Below, one piece after another: positions 26,523 to 37,900 of a stretch of 64,000 bases of DNA (position 1 is its first letter; the number at the start of each line of letters is the position of its first letter). Source of the stretch: Prorocentrum cordatum (taxonomy: Eukaryota); contig CAUYUJ010000276.1 in NCBI GenBank assembly GCA_963575745.1, forward strand, positions 1 through 64,000. The letters run 5' to 3'. A program made the position numbers and the translations under genes. The notes beneath the pieces were generated by a model. The model was not told the DNA's origin. It made no database searches and saw only the letters and a list, made by a program, of their open reading frames with translations.

Positions 26523-26730
26523 GAGAGGAGGAGGAGGAGGAGGAGGAGGAGGAGGAGGAGGAGGAGGAGGAGGAGGAGGAGGAGGAGGAGGAGGAGGAGG
26601 AGGAGGAGGAGGAGGAGGAGGAGGAGAGGAGGAGGAGGAGGAGGAGGAGGAGGAGGAGGAGGATGAGGAGGAAGAGGAGGAGGAGGAGGAGGAGGAGGAG
26701 GAGGAGGAGGAGGAGGAGGAGGAGGGGGGG
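25960..26730. repeat. Long (GGA)n microsatellite
   Basis: Directly visible. Confidence 0.97.
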
Positions 26731-27209
26731 GTGGATGGTGGAGGCAGAGGCAGAGGGTGGAAGCGTCGGCGGGGGGTTGGCACACACCGTAGGCCCCGGG
26801 CTGGGCTAGAGCAGGGCCTGCTCTACATAGTCCCTACAAGCTTCGTCGAACATAAAGAGAAGACTTCTGAATTCGGCGATTGTGGGGTCAGCGCTACTCC
26901 AATGCTGACGGATGCCCGTTGGCTCGGACGCTGTGTTGTCCAAAAACCGGCCCCACCTTCTCAGCATTGAAGAACGCGCTTTCTGACAAGTGCCCGAAAG
27001 CATCGTGCTCCGGGATTTCAACTTCCATCTCTGGACATGTTTGACAAGGCTTGTAGGGCAGCTGAATGGAACCCTGCCCTAGGGTCCCATGGGGTAGGCC
27101 TAAGGACGGCCTAGGTGAAGGTCCCGTAAGGAGGCGGAGGAGGGCGGGGAAAGACGATGGAGGGTGCGAGCGCGCAGGTGTGGGGGGGAGGAGCGAGGAG
27201 GGAGGGGTG

Positions 27210-27247
27210 AATGATGATGATTCTGATGATGATAATGATAATGATGT

Positions 27248-27294
<47 letters not shown>

Positions 27295-27573
27295 CTGATG
27301 ACGATGATGACGATGGTGATGGTGATGATGATGCTGATGCTGATGCTGCTGATGCTGATGCTGATGCTGATGATGCTGCTGCTGCTGATGCTGATCATGA
27401 TTATGGTCGTGGTGGTGGCGATGATGTGGTGATCGTGATGATGCTACAGATAATGATGACGACGATGATGCGGGTGATGCTGTTAATGTTGATGATTGTG
27501 TTGATGCTGTTGATGATGGTGGTGATGATGATGATGGTGATGATGATGAAGTGATGAGGATGACGATGAGGAC

Positions 27574-27649
<76 letters not shown>

Positions 27650-27715
27650 CTGAGGATGATCATGCAGTTGCTGAGGATGATAATGATGATGGTGCTGATG
27701 CTGATGCTGAGGATA
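27210..27715. repeat. (GAT)n microsatellite
   Basis: Directly visible. Confidence 0.95.
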
Positions 27716-28224
27716 AGAAGAGAAGTACGAATCTGAATGATAAACAATACCAACATCACGAATGCGAATAACACATAATACGAATCATCATAAGAAAGGA
27801 GGAGGAGGAGGAGGAGGAGGAGGAGGAGGAGAGCAAGGAGGACTAAACGAGGACCAGGTGAGCGAGAAGGGGGACAGGACGCTGACAGAGACGGGGCTGA
27901 GGGCCCTTCCCCCGAGGAAGGGGGCCCGAGCCTCCTCCGACGTTGGTATGCTTAGCTGACGGCGGCGCACCTCCACAGATCTGGGGTGACCGTCCAGGGG
28001 CGGCCCCCGCAGTCCGGGGAGCGGGCCCTGCAGCCCAGAGGGGGCCCGCCGCCTGGGGCCGAGGGGCACCACGCGGTAGTCCGCGGGGGGGGGGGAGGAG
28101 GAGGAGGAGGAGAGGAGGAGGAGGAGGAGGAGGAGTGAGGAGGAGGAGGAGGAGGAGGAGGAGGAGGAGGAGGAGGAGGAGGAGGAGAGGAGGAGGAGGA
28201 GGAGGAGGAGGAGGAGGAGGGGGA

Positions 28225-28257
<33 letters not shown>

Positions 28258-28910
28258 GAGGAGGAGGAGGGAGGAGGAGGAGGAGGAGGAGGAGGAGGAG
28301 GAGGAGGAGGAGGAGGAGGGGGGAGAGGGGAGGAGGAGGAGGAGGAGAGGAGGAGGAGGAGGAGGAGGAGGAGGAGGAGGAGAGGGAGGAGGAGGAGGAG
28401 GAGGAGGAGGAGGAGGGAGGAGGAGGAGGAGGAGTAATTAGGAGGAGGAGGAGGAGGAAGAAGAGGATGAGGAGCAGGAGGATCTCCAGTCTCCCTCTGT
28501 GGGAAGCTCCTCTCCCCCAGGCCTCCAAGGGTCGCGACGGGCCTCGACGGGCATTTCTGTCCGCGGTCTGGGCCTCCAGAGGCGCTTTCTCTGTCTGGGC
28601 CCCGTGGATCATCAACAAAAACGGGCGGCGACGAAGCAAGTCTCCAAGGGACGTCGATAGCTTACGCGTACCTCAATAGATATGTCCCCGTGGCTACGAG
28701 GCCTTCCCGAACTACAGGGGCCTCCCCCCTGAACTACAACGCCTCCCCCCCCCGGACTGCAGGCACCTCCCCTGCAGACCACAGGGCTCCACCCCCGGAC
28801 TCCAGGCACCCTGGCGACACAGGTGCTAAGACGTGCTTGCATGCTGGCCAGAGGCTCCGGCTGGCAGAAGCCCTCACCCTCCTGGGAGTAGCTGCTTGCA
28901 TGTTTCGCAG

Positions 28911-28987
28911 GCAGTTACCCCCGGGGGTGCCGCCCCTTGGGGTTGGGCGGCGGGGGCGTCTGCCGGCTCCCGACTATGGAGCGTCGG
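28911..28987 (+). CDS. Gene A exon (QLPPGVPPLGVGRRGRLPAPDY[GAS]-G); exon may end at 28978 or 28987
   Basis: TTTCGCAG|G acceptor, phase 2. G|GA or G|GC donor in phase 1 fits the next exon. Confidence 0.5.
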
Positions 28988-29129
28988 GCGCGCGGAAGAG
29001 ACCCGCGTCCGCCGCGCCTCCTCTTCCTCCTCCTCCTCCTCCTCCTCCTCCCTCCTCCTCCTCCTCCTCCTCTCCTCCTCTCCTCCTCCCTTGCCGCCTC
29101 ACCCCTCCTCTCCCCCTCCCCCACCCCAG

Positions 29130-29161
29130 GCCAGGAGCTGGCTGTTTGGCCGCAGCGCCAG
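29130..29161 (+). CDS. Gene A micro-exon (G-QELAVWPQRQ)
   Basis: CCCCAG|G acceptor and CAG|GC donor. Confidence 0.5.
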
Positions 29162-29272
29162 GCCCGGGCACTGGGGCCTCCTCCTCCTCATCCTCCTCCT
29201 CCTCCTCCTCCTCCTCCTCCTCCTCCTCCTCCTCCTCCTCCTCCTCCTCCTCCCCTCGCGGCCGGCTGGGAG

Positions 29273-29322
29273 GCGCCTGCTGGGGCGGCCGAGTTCGACG
29301 CCGGCGCGGACACGATGATGAG
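29273..29322 (+). CDS. Gene A exon (APAGAAEFDAGADTMM-R)
   Basis: GGGAG|G acceptor and AG|GA donor, phase 2. Confidence 0.6.
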
Positions 29323-29554
29323 GATTCGGGGCTCAAGAGACGGGGGTCAGTGCAAACGGGGGTCAGCCAGGGCGCCGGATCTTGCAGGATCCTGCGGGGC
29401 CACTGTCGGGTTTGGGTGCAGGCTGCTGCAGGATCCTGCAGGGCCTGGGTCGCACTGACCCGGGCTTGGGTGCAGGGCCTGCAGGATCCTGCAGGATCCT
29501 GCAAGGCCTGACTGACCCTGGTCTGGATTGACCCAGGTCAGCAGATCCCCGAAG
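29323..29554 (+). mobile_element. Introner-like MITE family I, copy 2 (232-bp GA-AG intron)
   Basis: Homologous to 19749-19980 and flanked by an AGGAT direct repeat. Removal joins DTMMR|ICVPRGMEGW in frame. Confidence 0.75.
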
Positions 29555-29657
29555 GATCTGCGTGCCGCGGGGGATGGAGGGGTGGACGGGGGGAGATGGT
29601 CAGGCGATTGCAACGGTGGATCAAGAGACCCCGGGCCGCCGGCGGGCCGTCATCGAG
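29555..29657 (+). CDS. Gene A exon (ICVPRGMEGWTGGDGQAIATVDQETPGRRRAVIE)
   Basis: GAAG|G acceptor and GAG|GC donor; same frame as ORF 29562. Confidence 0.65.
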
Positions 29658-29724
29658 GCTGCTGTTTTCCGGGGTGTTGACAGAGGCCCGTCGAGGGATG
29701 CCTCCCGTTGGAGTTTTGTGGTGA

Positions 29725-29940
29725 GGGCTCTGTCGCAGGCCTCGAGGTTGACACCAACACCAATATCGGCGGTGTGCCTTCACCAAGGGAAGAAGATCCC
29801 GATCTCGGTGATGGTGATGACATTCTGGCTTCCAAGGTGACCGAAATATTACCACCAACATCGAAATCTAGGATCATCTTCCCCCTGTGGAGGCAACCCC
29901 CTTGTGTTGGTGTTGGTGCCAATTTCCAGGCCTCCAACTC
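29725..29940. mobile_element. Dispersed element family C (copies about 43905-44118; inverted about 48195-48386; partial about 47900-47972)
   Basis: Shared ATCGGCGGTGTGCCT.CA...AGGGAAGA.GATCCCGA...GGTGATGGTG...CCCC.TGTGGAGGCA...TGGTGTTGGTGCCAATTT.CAGGCCTCCAAC. Confidence 0.85.
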
Positions 29941-30200
29941 TGGTTGCGTGGGCTGGAGCGTGCATACAGTCAACCCGAATAAGAAGGACGGGCAGCCTTC
30001 CCAAGGATACCCTTGCGTCCTTGCCCCCTCGGTCCATCCTTCGCCACGTTCGTTGGCCGCGCCCCGCTCGAAGAGCTTCGAATTGGGCGTCCAAGGCCCT
30101 TGCATCCGTATCGCGCATCCTCACTGCACGGGTTGACTGCATCGGGCGACGACACGTATACACATCCACTGCTCCCTGGCCAGGCCCAGCCTGGACCCAG

Positions 30201-30226
30201 GCGCTGTGCAGCCGCCCTCCTGGCCG
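30201..30226 (+). CDS. Tentative gene A micro-exon (ALCSRPPG-R)
   Basis: CCCAG|G acceptor and CG|GT donor, phase 2. Confidence 0.4.
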
Positions 30227-30559
30227 GTTCGGGAGGGGCCTGGCCGGGGAGCAGCGGGTATGCGCAGATTTCGCCGCCCTGCCACGGAAATCCGACAGAC
30301 CTCCCCTCCATCGCAGGGCTCGTTGCGATTCCTCCGGTGTGAGCTCCGATTCGGTTCGACCTCGGATGCCGATTGGGATGCCGATCCCTCAGTGGAGGCC
30401 TACCCGCCTGCCGATCTCTGCCGCTTCGACCTCTCCCGACTCGGCCGCCGATTCCTGCCGATCTGGCTCATTCCGATCGCCGATGCGACTCGTGCCGGTT
30501 CGACCCTGGGCTCTCCTGCCGTCGCGGAGGAAGCATGGGATCGAGCCGGCGGCCAGCAG

Positions 30560-30613
30560 GACCCCCGCAGCAGACTCCTCCCCGGCGCGCGGGGGGGGGG
30601 GCGCCTCGGGGCG
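30560..30613 (+). CDS. Tentative gene A exon (TPAADSSPARGGGGASG-R)
   Basis: GCAG|G acceptor and CG|GC donor, phase 2-2. Confidence 0.4.
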
Positions 30614-30648
30614 GCTTAAGGCCCACCCGGCCCTGGGCGGGCACGGCC

Positions 30649-30683
<35 letters not shown>

Positions 30684-30688
30684 GCGAG

Positions 30689-30794
30689 GACCTCGCTGCG
30701 CACCCGGCTCGCGGCCTCGGCGAAGCCCTTCGAGCCGCAGTTCAACGTGACCTTCGACCCCGCCCAGCACACCTGGACGGTCGACGCGCCCGAG
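30689..30794 (+). CDS. Gene A exon with PAM2-like motif 2 (TSLRTRLAASAKPFEPQFNVTFDPAQHTWTVDAPE)
   Basis: CGAG|G acceptor after a poly-C tract, nearly all codons GC3, GAG|GA donor. RLAASAKPFEP fits PAM2. Confidence 0.8.
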
Positions 30795-31224
30795 GAGGAC
30801 CGCGGCCGCTCGGGGCGTGGTCCCCCCCCCGCCTCCTTCCTGCTCCTCCTCCTCCTCTCTGCTCCTCTCCTCCTGCTCCTCCTCCTCCTCCTCCTCCTCC
30901 TCCTCCTCCTCCTCCTCCGCCCCCTCCCAATCGAGACGAAAGTTTTTCCCGGCCTTCGGCCTCCCGGGGCCCTCGCCAGGCCCCAGGGAAGGGGTCGAGA
31001 TCTCCGGGGGCCCCGCACGTCGGATCTCCGGGCCCCCGGCGTGGCCCCGGCCGCCGACGCGGGGTGCGGCTCCCTCCGGGCCCGGGAGGCGTCGCTTTCC
31101 TCGGGGCCCTCGGGGCCAGGGCTCGTTGTCGTGGTGATCGTTGTCGTGGCTACCGATCGCTGTCGTCATTCCATCGCTGTCGTCGTGATCGTCGTGCCTT
31201 CCCGGTGTCGTCGCCGGGGAGCCA

Positions 31225-31463
31225 GGACTCTGGCAAGTCGGGGAAGCGGCTTGCCGAAGTCCTGGCTGCAGTCGAGGAAGAAAAACGCCATGAACATAAA
31301 CTTTCGGCGCTCTGCGCGGATTTCTTGGCCAGGGGAGTCCAGCGCGGATCCAAGAACTCCGCGCGGAGCGCCAAACATTTATGTTTATGACGTTTTGTTG
31401 TTCTTCAATATAGTCCGACAGGCCAGGACGTTGGCGGGTCGTCTCCCTGACTTGCCAGAGTCC
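31225..31463. mobile_element. MITE-like element
   Basis: TIR GGACTCTGGCAAGTC / GACTTGCCAGAGTCC. Confidence 0.6.
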
Positions 31464-31477
31464 GAAAAGGGACATTG

Positions 31478-33667
31478 ATCTGTTCGCCGAACCTGTAAAA
31501 AGAAAACGTTGAACGTGAGTTCATCTGCGAGCACTCTACGCACTTGTTTTGCAGATCCGACGAACATTCCAATTTTGGGGTAAATCAGCTCTGTTGTCGA
31601 TCCCCTACTCGCGGGGTGGCTGGTGAGAGCGAGCATGCCATCCTTTCCTGCCCAGCGCCTCGGCCTAGCGAGGCCTCGCAGGACCCCGACCAGAGATCGG
31701 GGCCCTCGAAAAGAACATTGACCAGCCAGGACTCTTCGAGCAGGAGATCGACTACAGAAGTGATTTACCCCAAAATTGACACGTTCGTCGATCTGTAGTC
31801 GATCTCCTGCTCGAAGTTCGGGCCGGACGAAAGGGGGGGGGGCATTGGGAAAGGGGGGGTTACGAAATCTGCTGCGTGCAGCTGGTTTCGGCCTCACCCA
31901 CGGGCCCATTCCTCGATACATAGCCGCCTCCGGCGCCGGGAGGCGCCGGGAAAATCAGCTATACGTGAGCTGATTCTGAACCCCCCTCTTTGCTGTCCCC
32001 CCCTTTCGCCCGACCCGACTCTCGTCCCTCTCAACAGCGCCGACGTCGGGAATGGAAACCTGCGCGCGCTTGGAAACATGAGAGGGTCGGACGCCCTTCG
32101 TCACTGCTCACCACCAGACCACCCCAGCCCAACTCGGAGGTCCCACATCCTCCCCAATGTCGGGTCGGGGGGTGTACAGGTGACATGGTGCTTTTTCTAT
32201 GTTCCCGAATGCCGCCCCACTGAAAATTGATAGGTCCAACCCTTTCGCCCAACCCGAGAAGCGTCCTGGCCAGTCCATGTCCTTTCCGGGGGCCCCGGTC
32301 TCCGGGCGGGGGCCCTGCGAGGCCTCGCCAGGCCGAGGCGCCGGGCAGGAAGGGAGGGCAACGCTCGCTCTCGCCAGCGGCCCCTCGAGGGGGGGAAATC
32401 GACTACAGAGCTGAGTTGCCCCAGAATTGGCATGTTCGCAGGATCTGCAGAAACTGCGTAGAGTGTTCGCAGATGCCCCAACGTTTGGCGTTTTTTGCTG
32501 GCAGATTCGGCGAACAGGTCCACCTGGGGCCAAACCAGTGCTATCGTCGATCCCCCGATTTGAGCCCCTGCGGGATTGGCCAGACGCGTCTCGTTCCTCA
32601 CAGGGCTTTCTCGTGTCCCGGTGCTGGCCTGCGCGTAAGCGGAACGATGCGGTGCTGACCCGGTTCGGTTCAGAGCTGATGCATCGATCAAGGGAGGAAA
32701 AACCACCCGGACCAGACAATTGGCGTTTACCAAACGGCCCTGGGCGTTTGCCAAAAGCCTTGCCCCGCTCGATTTCTTCTCTGGGCGCGTGTGCTGAACG
32801 ACTCCGCGCGTCGGGGTGGTTATTATATGGGTGGTTTTCTTGACCCCGCATCGAAGCTCCACCTGGGCGGCGGCCGCAATTCCAAACCGACTTGAATCGG
32901 GAGGGAAAGAAACACAAAGACACAATCAATCGGCGATCCCCAGGAAACTATGGGAGCATATGGGAAGTGGGGGGGAAGAGGAAAACCCAGAAGATATGGG
33001 AAAATTGGGGCAATCCTGCTATTTGTGTGTATTTATTTGTGTGTCCCAGGGCCCCTTGATTGAAGCAAGCCGAGCTGCTGCGGTCGGCGCTTCGGAGGGG
33101 CGCCGCGACTCTGGCCGGACCTGGAGCCAGGCAGGCCCACACCCTTTGATGGGAAAGGGGGGGGTACGAAATTTGCTGCTTGCAGCTGGTTTCGGCCCCG
33201 CCGAGGGGCCCATTCCTCGATACATAGTCGATCTCCTGCTCGAAGATCGGGCCGGGCGAAAGGGGGGATTGGGAAAGGGGGGGGTACGGAATTTGCTGCT
33301 TGCAGCTGGTTTCGGCCCCGCCGATCGGGGCCCATTCCTCGATACACAGCCAATTCCGGCGCCGGGAGGCGCCGGGAAAATCAGCTAGGCTACGTGAGCT
33401 GATTCTGAAACCCCTCCTTTGCTATCCCCCCCTTTCGCCCGACCCGACTCTCGTCCCTCTCAACAGCGCCGACGTCGGGAATGGAAACCTGCGCGCGCTT
33501 GGAAACATGAGAGGGTCGGACGCCCTTTGTCACTGCTCACCGGACCACCCCAGCCCAACTCGGAGGTCCCACATCCTCCCCAATGTCGGGTCGGGGGGTG
33601 TACAGGTTACATGGTGTTTTTGTCGATGTTCCCGAATGCCGCCCCACTGAAAATTGATAGGTCCAAC
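31478..33667. repeat. Repeat complex: near-identical direct repeats 31796-32240 and 33225-33667, plus an inverted pair about 31478-31740 / 32255-32520
   Basis: Aligned by eye. The direct repeats run TAGTCGATCTCCTGCTCGAAG...GAAAATTGATAGGTCCAAC. Confidence 0.9.
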
Positions 33668-34225
33668 GGCGACTTCGGGTTGAGTTGGGGTGATTTGGTG
33701 GGTTGTCAATTCGCGTTCGAACCTGGGCCGTTCGGATCTGGATCTGGACACTAGGCACCAGCAGGCAGCGTTTGTTCCGAAGCTGCCCACGTCTGGGAAG
33801 ATCCGCGGGGTTGCATAGGGAGGGACGCCGTTCGGCATGTCACGTCCCGCTGGGCGAGCCGCGTTTGTCCAAATCGGGCGTGAGTTGGTGTTCCTTCGAG
33901 AGCGAAGTGACTGAGACTTGCCAGGGGCTCAGGACCGCAGAGGTGATGGATGATTGGGTCGGCAGGGTGTGGATGACCTGTGGCCGGCGCCACTGCCTGC
34001 ACAAGTTGTTCATGCAGGAATCGGCATAACGGGCATCTGGGCTCTGGGATGAGGACTGATGAGCGGGACTGCGTGGAGCAGGATGAGGATGATGAGAAAG
34101 AGGAGGACGAGGGGGGGGAACAGGAGGAGGAGGGGGAGGAGGCGGAAGCGGAAACGGAAGAGGCAGCAGGGGAAGGAGGAGGAGAAGGTGTAAGGAGGAC
34201 CATGTCGGATGAGGATGTTGTTGTT

Positions 34226-34256
<31 letters not shown>

Positions 34257-34317
34257 TTGATGATGATAATGATAATGATACTGATTGTGGTGTTGGTGAT
34301 GGTAATGATGCTGATGT

Positions 34318-34370
<53 letters not shown>

Positions 34371-34425
34371 GTGATGGTGATGGTGATGCTGATGTTGATG
34401 TTGATGATGATGATGATGCTGCTGC

Positions 34426-34469
<44 letters not shown>

Positions 34470-34717
34470 ATGGTGACGGTGATGATGATGACGATGACGA
34501 TGATGATGAGAGGAGGAGGAGGAGGAGGAGGAGGAGGAGGAGGAGGAGGAGGAGGAGGAGGAGGAGGAGGAGGAGGAGGAGGAGGACGGACATGAGGCGG
34601 AGGACACAGAGGAGGTAACGTGGAGCAGGGAGACGAGGGGTATCATAAAGAGAAGGAAGAGAGGAGTCGCTGTGAGCATCTTCGCTGGCAGCTGCTCTGC
34701 AGCGACCACGCCCCGAG

Positions 34718-34768
34718 GAGGGCGGCGGCAGCGACGGCACCGGGCAGGGCAACAGGGGCAAGGGCGAG
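34718..34768 (+). CDS. Gene A exon (EGGGSDGTGQGNRGKGE)
   Basis: CCCGAGGAGG occurs at both the upstream donor and this acceptor. GCGAGGCC occurs at this donor and the next acceptor. Confidence 0.7.
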
Positions 34769-34975
34769 GCCTCCGCGGGTCTCGCGGGTCCTCCTCTGCC
34801 CTCGCCTCTCCCCCAGGGCAGTTCCTCGCCCGCTCCCCGCCCTTTCCCTCCCTCCTCTCCCTCCCTCCCCTTCTCTCCCGCTCCCTCCCCCCTCGCATCT
34901 ACGGTGTTCCCTCCCTCGTTGTTTCCTCCCTCCCCAACCCCCTTCTCCCTCCTCTCCCCCTTCTCCTCCCTCTCC

Positions 34976-37900
34976 CTCAAGCGGTGCTAGTTCAGGGCGG
35001 TGCATGCTGCATCTCACCTTGGTCCAGGCCCTGCGCCGCGACGGGATGCCTGAGGGGCGCGCAGCCTCCTGGTCCTGCCACCAGTCGGCCCGCGCGGCGA
35101 AACAAGGCATGGCGGCTGTGGCGCAAGCTTGGAGCGAATATTCCGGATGCGCCTTTTACGAATGGAGCGACGTTCTAGAGCAGATGTACAGCAAGTTCGC
35201 CAGGTGCCATCGTCCAGGCAAGCGTTTCAACCCAAGCCATGGAAAAGCAGTGGTTTTGACGACGTCCCCAGCAGTTAGTGCGCGCTGGCCCCAGCGGGCA
35301 GGAAGGGCAGAGGAAAGGGTACGCAGGGCCAAAGCAATTCAGCCACAGCCGCACGGGAAACCAAGGCCATGCTGACAAGGATGATCGCCAGCACGAGGGA
35401 CGCAACGCTGAAGCAGTCGCTGCTAGAGTAGCCCGACCAGGTTGACAAGCAAAGTAGTATTGTCGGCGCGTCAGTCGCGCCTGAAGTGGCACTTCGACGC
35501 GCGGAGAGAGCATGGAAGAACGCACGCATGCGGCATGACCAGGCCGTTTCATAGGTGATTAAATGTCGGGAGACGTTGGTTATGGCGGAGGAGAAGGAAT
35601 CTCAGATGGCCAGGGTAATTGCAGCAGCCGAGGCCACCAAGAAATTATTGCCGTGCGCTCGCTCGCGCAGGAGGCGGGACTTGAGACGATCAGTAGCGAT
35701 GCGACCAAGTCTTGGACCTTGTCTTGGGCCGAAGACTTCTTCCCCACGCTAATGGAGTACGAGCGCGAGCCAACCGAGAAAGAAGAGTTGCAGAAGCTAG
35801 ACGCAACGCTGCGAGCAGCCAGGGACTCGTTCACTGCCAAGGATCCCAGGTCGAGGAGTTGAAGCAAAAAGTTATGCAGATGCAGAGTGCGATCGCGCAT
35901 AGGATGACCAAGAGTGCGGGCGGGCGGGCGGTGCAGCAGCAGGCGGGCGGGCGGGGCAAAGGGGGTGCAGGCGGTGCAGCAGCAGATGTCACAGAGAATG
36001 GTGTGGGCTCCAGTTGCAGCGCTGGCTCAGGTGGCGCAGCAGGCGCAGCCACCAACGCCGCTACGGGCACCGGCAAGCCGGCTGATGAGGACATTCAGCG
36101 GGAAACCGACAGGATCTCTTCAGGCAACTTCTCACCTAGGGCAGCGGCTGGCAAAGGGGAAAGAGCGCATCAGCAGTGAGTGCGCGCAGAGCAGCCCGAG
36201 CCTGGCGAGCTGCCCGACAACGCGGACATCCAGGTTTGCGCTTTCGGAGCTTGCGAGGTCGACGTCGATTTCGGCATCTGCGGCGGCGGCAGCGGAGGGT
36301 GCGCGGCTGCGGCGGCGGCCCACCCCCATGCTTTTTCTAGCCCTTTCCCAGAGGGCAGTTAGGAAACTGCGGTGGAGGCAAAGAGTGGCGAGGAGGAACC
36401 AGCTGCGGCACGCTGGCCTCGCTTGCAAGCTGCGGCCGCGGCGGCCGACCCCCTCGCCTTTTCCCTGGTCCCTTTCTCTCGGGGCAGTTGGGGGGGGCCG
36501 CAATGGAGGGGTGGAGGTGGGCCGAGGCGAGGAGGCGCCAGCCGCGGCACAAGCACCTGGGTCAAACCCAGACAGGAAATAAAGACAGCGCCGAGGGCGT
36601 CGCAGGCGAGAGTACCCACGAGGGCGTCGATGAGAATCGCGCGTCAAATGGATATTCGAGCATCTGTGAGTGTAACATGTCTTGGGCCGTCTGCCTGGAT
36701 CTATCTCGCACCCGATCTTGCTCTGTCCAGGTATTATTCTTTTGCCTTGGTCGAGAGACACCTCGCAGCGCCCACGCGGGATCAGTGGACTGCCAAGGCC
36801 CAGAGAGCTCGCCGTCGACCTTTCGTAAACGCCGCTCGGCCTAGAGTGGAAACGTGGAGTTATCGCGCGAATGAGGGCGGCAAGGTCGCGCGGGCGCAGG
36901 GTCGCGTGCAAGCTCGCGGAGCAGGGGGCGCCGGCGACTTCCCAGCGCTCCGCGCGGCGTCAGGCGGCGTCTTCGACGGGCTTCAGCCCGCCACCTAACA
37001 CTGCAAAGGATATTCGACGGCTCCGATCGAGCATTGAGGAATCAGCTCCCAAGGCTTTCCAGGCGAGAAACGCCCAGCAGTTATGCTACAGTTGGGCTCG
37101 GGACTTACGTTTCCCTTCCCCAGCTTCCATGGGCCGTGGGTGGGGGCTTTGACGCGACCTCCGCAGACCTAGCTGGGCGCGGCTGAATCGATCGCGCGCG
37201 CGGGTCTGCGCGCCCAGCTGATGCGCTCGACGCGCCGCGGGGCGCGCGCCGCGGCCTGGCCGTTCCCATCCGCGACGAGGGTCGACAGCTCATCGCATAA
37301 TCTCGGCGCGCAGCCTCCCCCCCGCCAGTCTCGAGCCCGTCGACGCAGCCGCGGCCCCATCGCAAGCCGCAGCGCGCCAAGAGAGAGCTCCGGGGGCGCG
37401 CCGCATGTCTTCCGCGACGCTCCAAGACTCAAAGACGCGCGCGAGGGGCCCGCGCAAGGGTCTCAGGAGTTGCCCTTTAGGAGACGGGAGCCCGCGGGGC
37501 CCCCGCGACTCCGGGGGGCCCGACGAGGCCCCGAAGAGGAGGGCCCGCGGGCCCACGAATCAGGTTCAATAGCCCCTAGCCCCATCGGCGCGAGCGCCCC
37601 CGCGGGACATGGGCCGGCAGCGTCGAGCGCGCGCGCCCTTAACCCTGGGGCCGCCAATGATTCGATTCAGTCTGCCCCTTCGCCCCCCTCCGCTGCCGCG
37701 CCAGCGCGGCTCCGGGAACGGCGCCGGGGGGCCGCGGGGGGCTCTGGGAATGCGCGCGACGGCGCGTGACCAGCCATTGCGCCGTCTTTAGCGCGCCGAT
37801 AGAGAAGGGATTCTATGTGAACCATGACTCACGCGTTGGGCGCATGTGCGCGAGCGGCTGAGAGCGCCATTCTGGCGGGCTACAATAGGGGCCAATCAGG

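Noticed and set aside
25491..26970. Long poly-G/E/R/P/L/S ORFs here and at 3, 17-19, 34, 46-47, 52 and 56-60 kb
   Set aside because: These are stop-free microsatellite translations open in several frames.
29904..31478. 524-aa ORF as a single-exon gene
   Set aside because: It crosses dispersed repeats and poly-C/(CCT)n tracts; only short internal segments look exonic.
31796..33667. LTR retrotransposon
   Set aside because: The repeats lack TG...CA ends, and I see no PBS/PPT or gag-pol between them.
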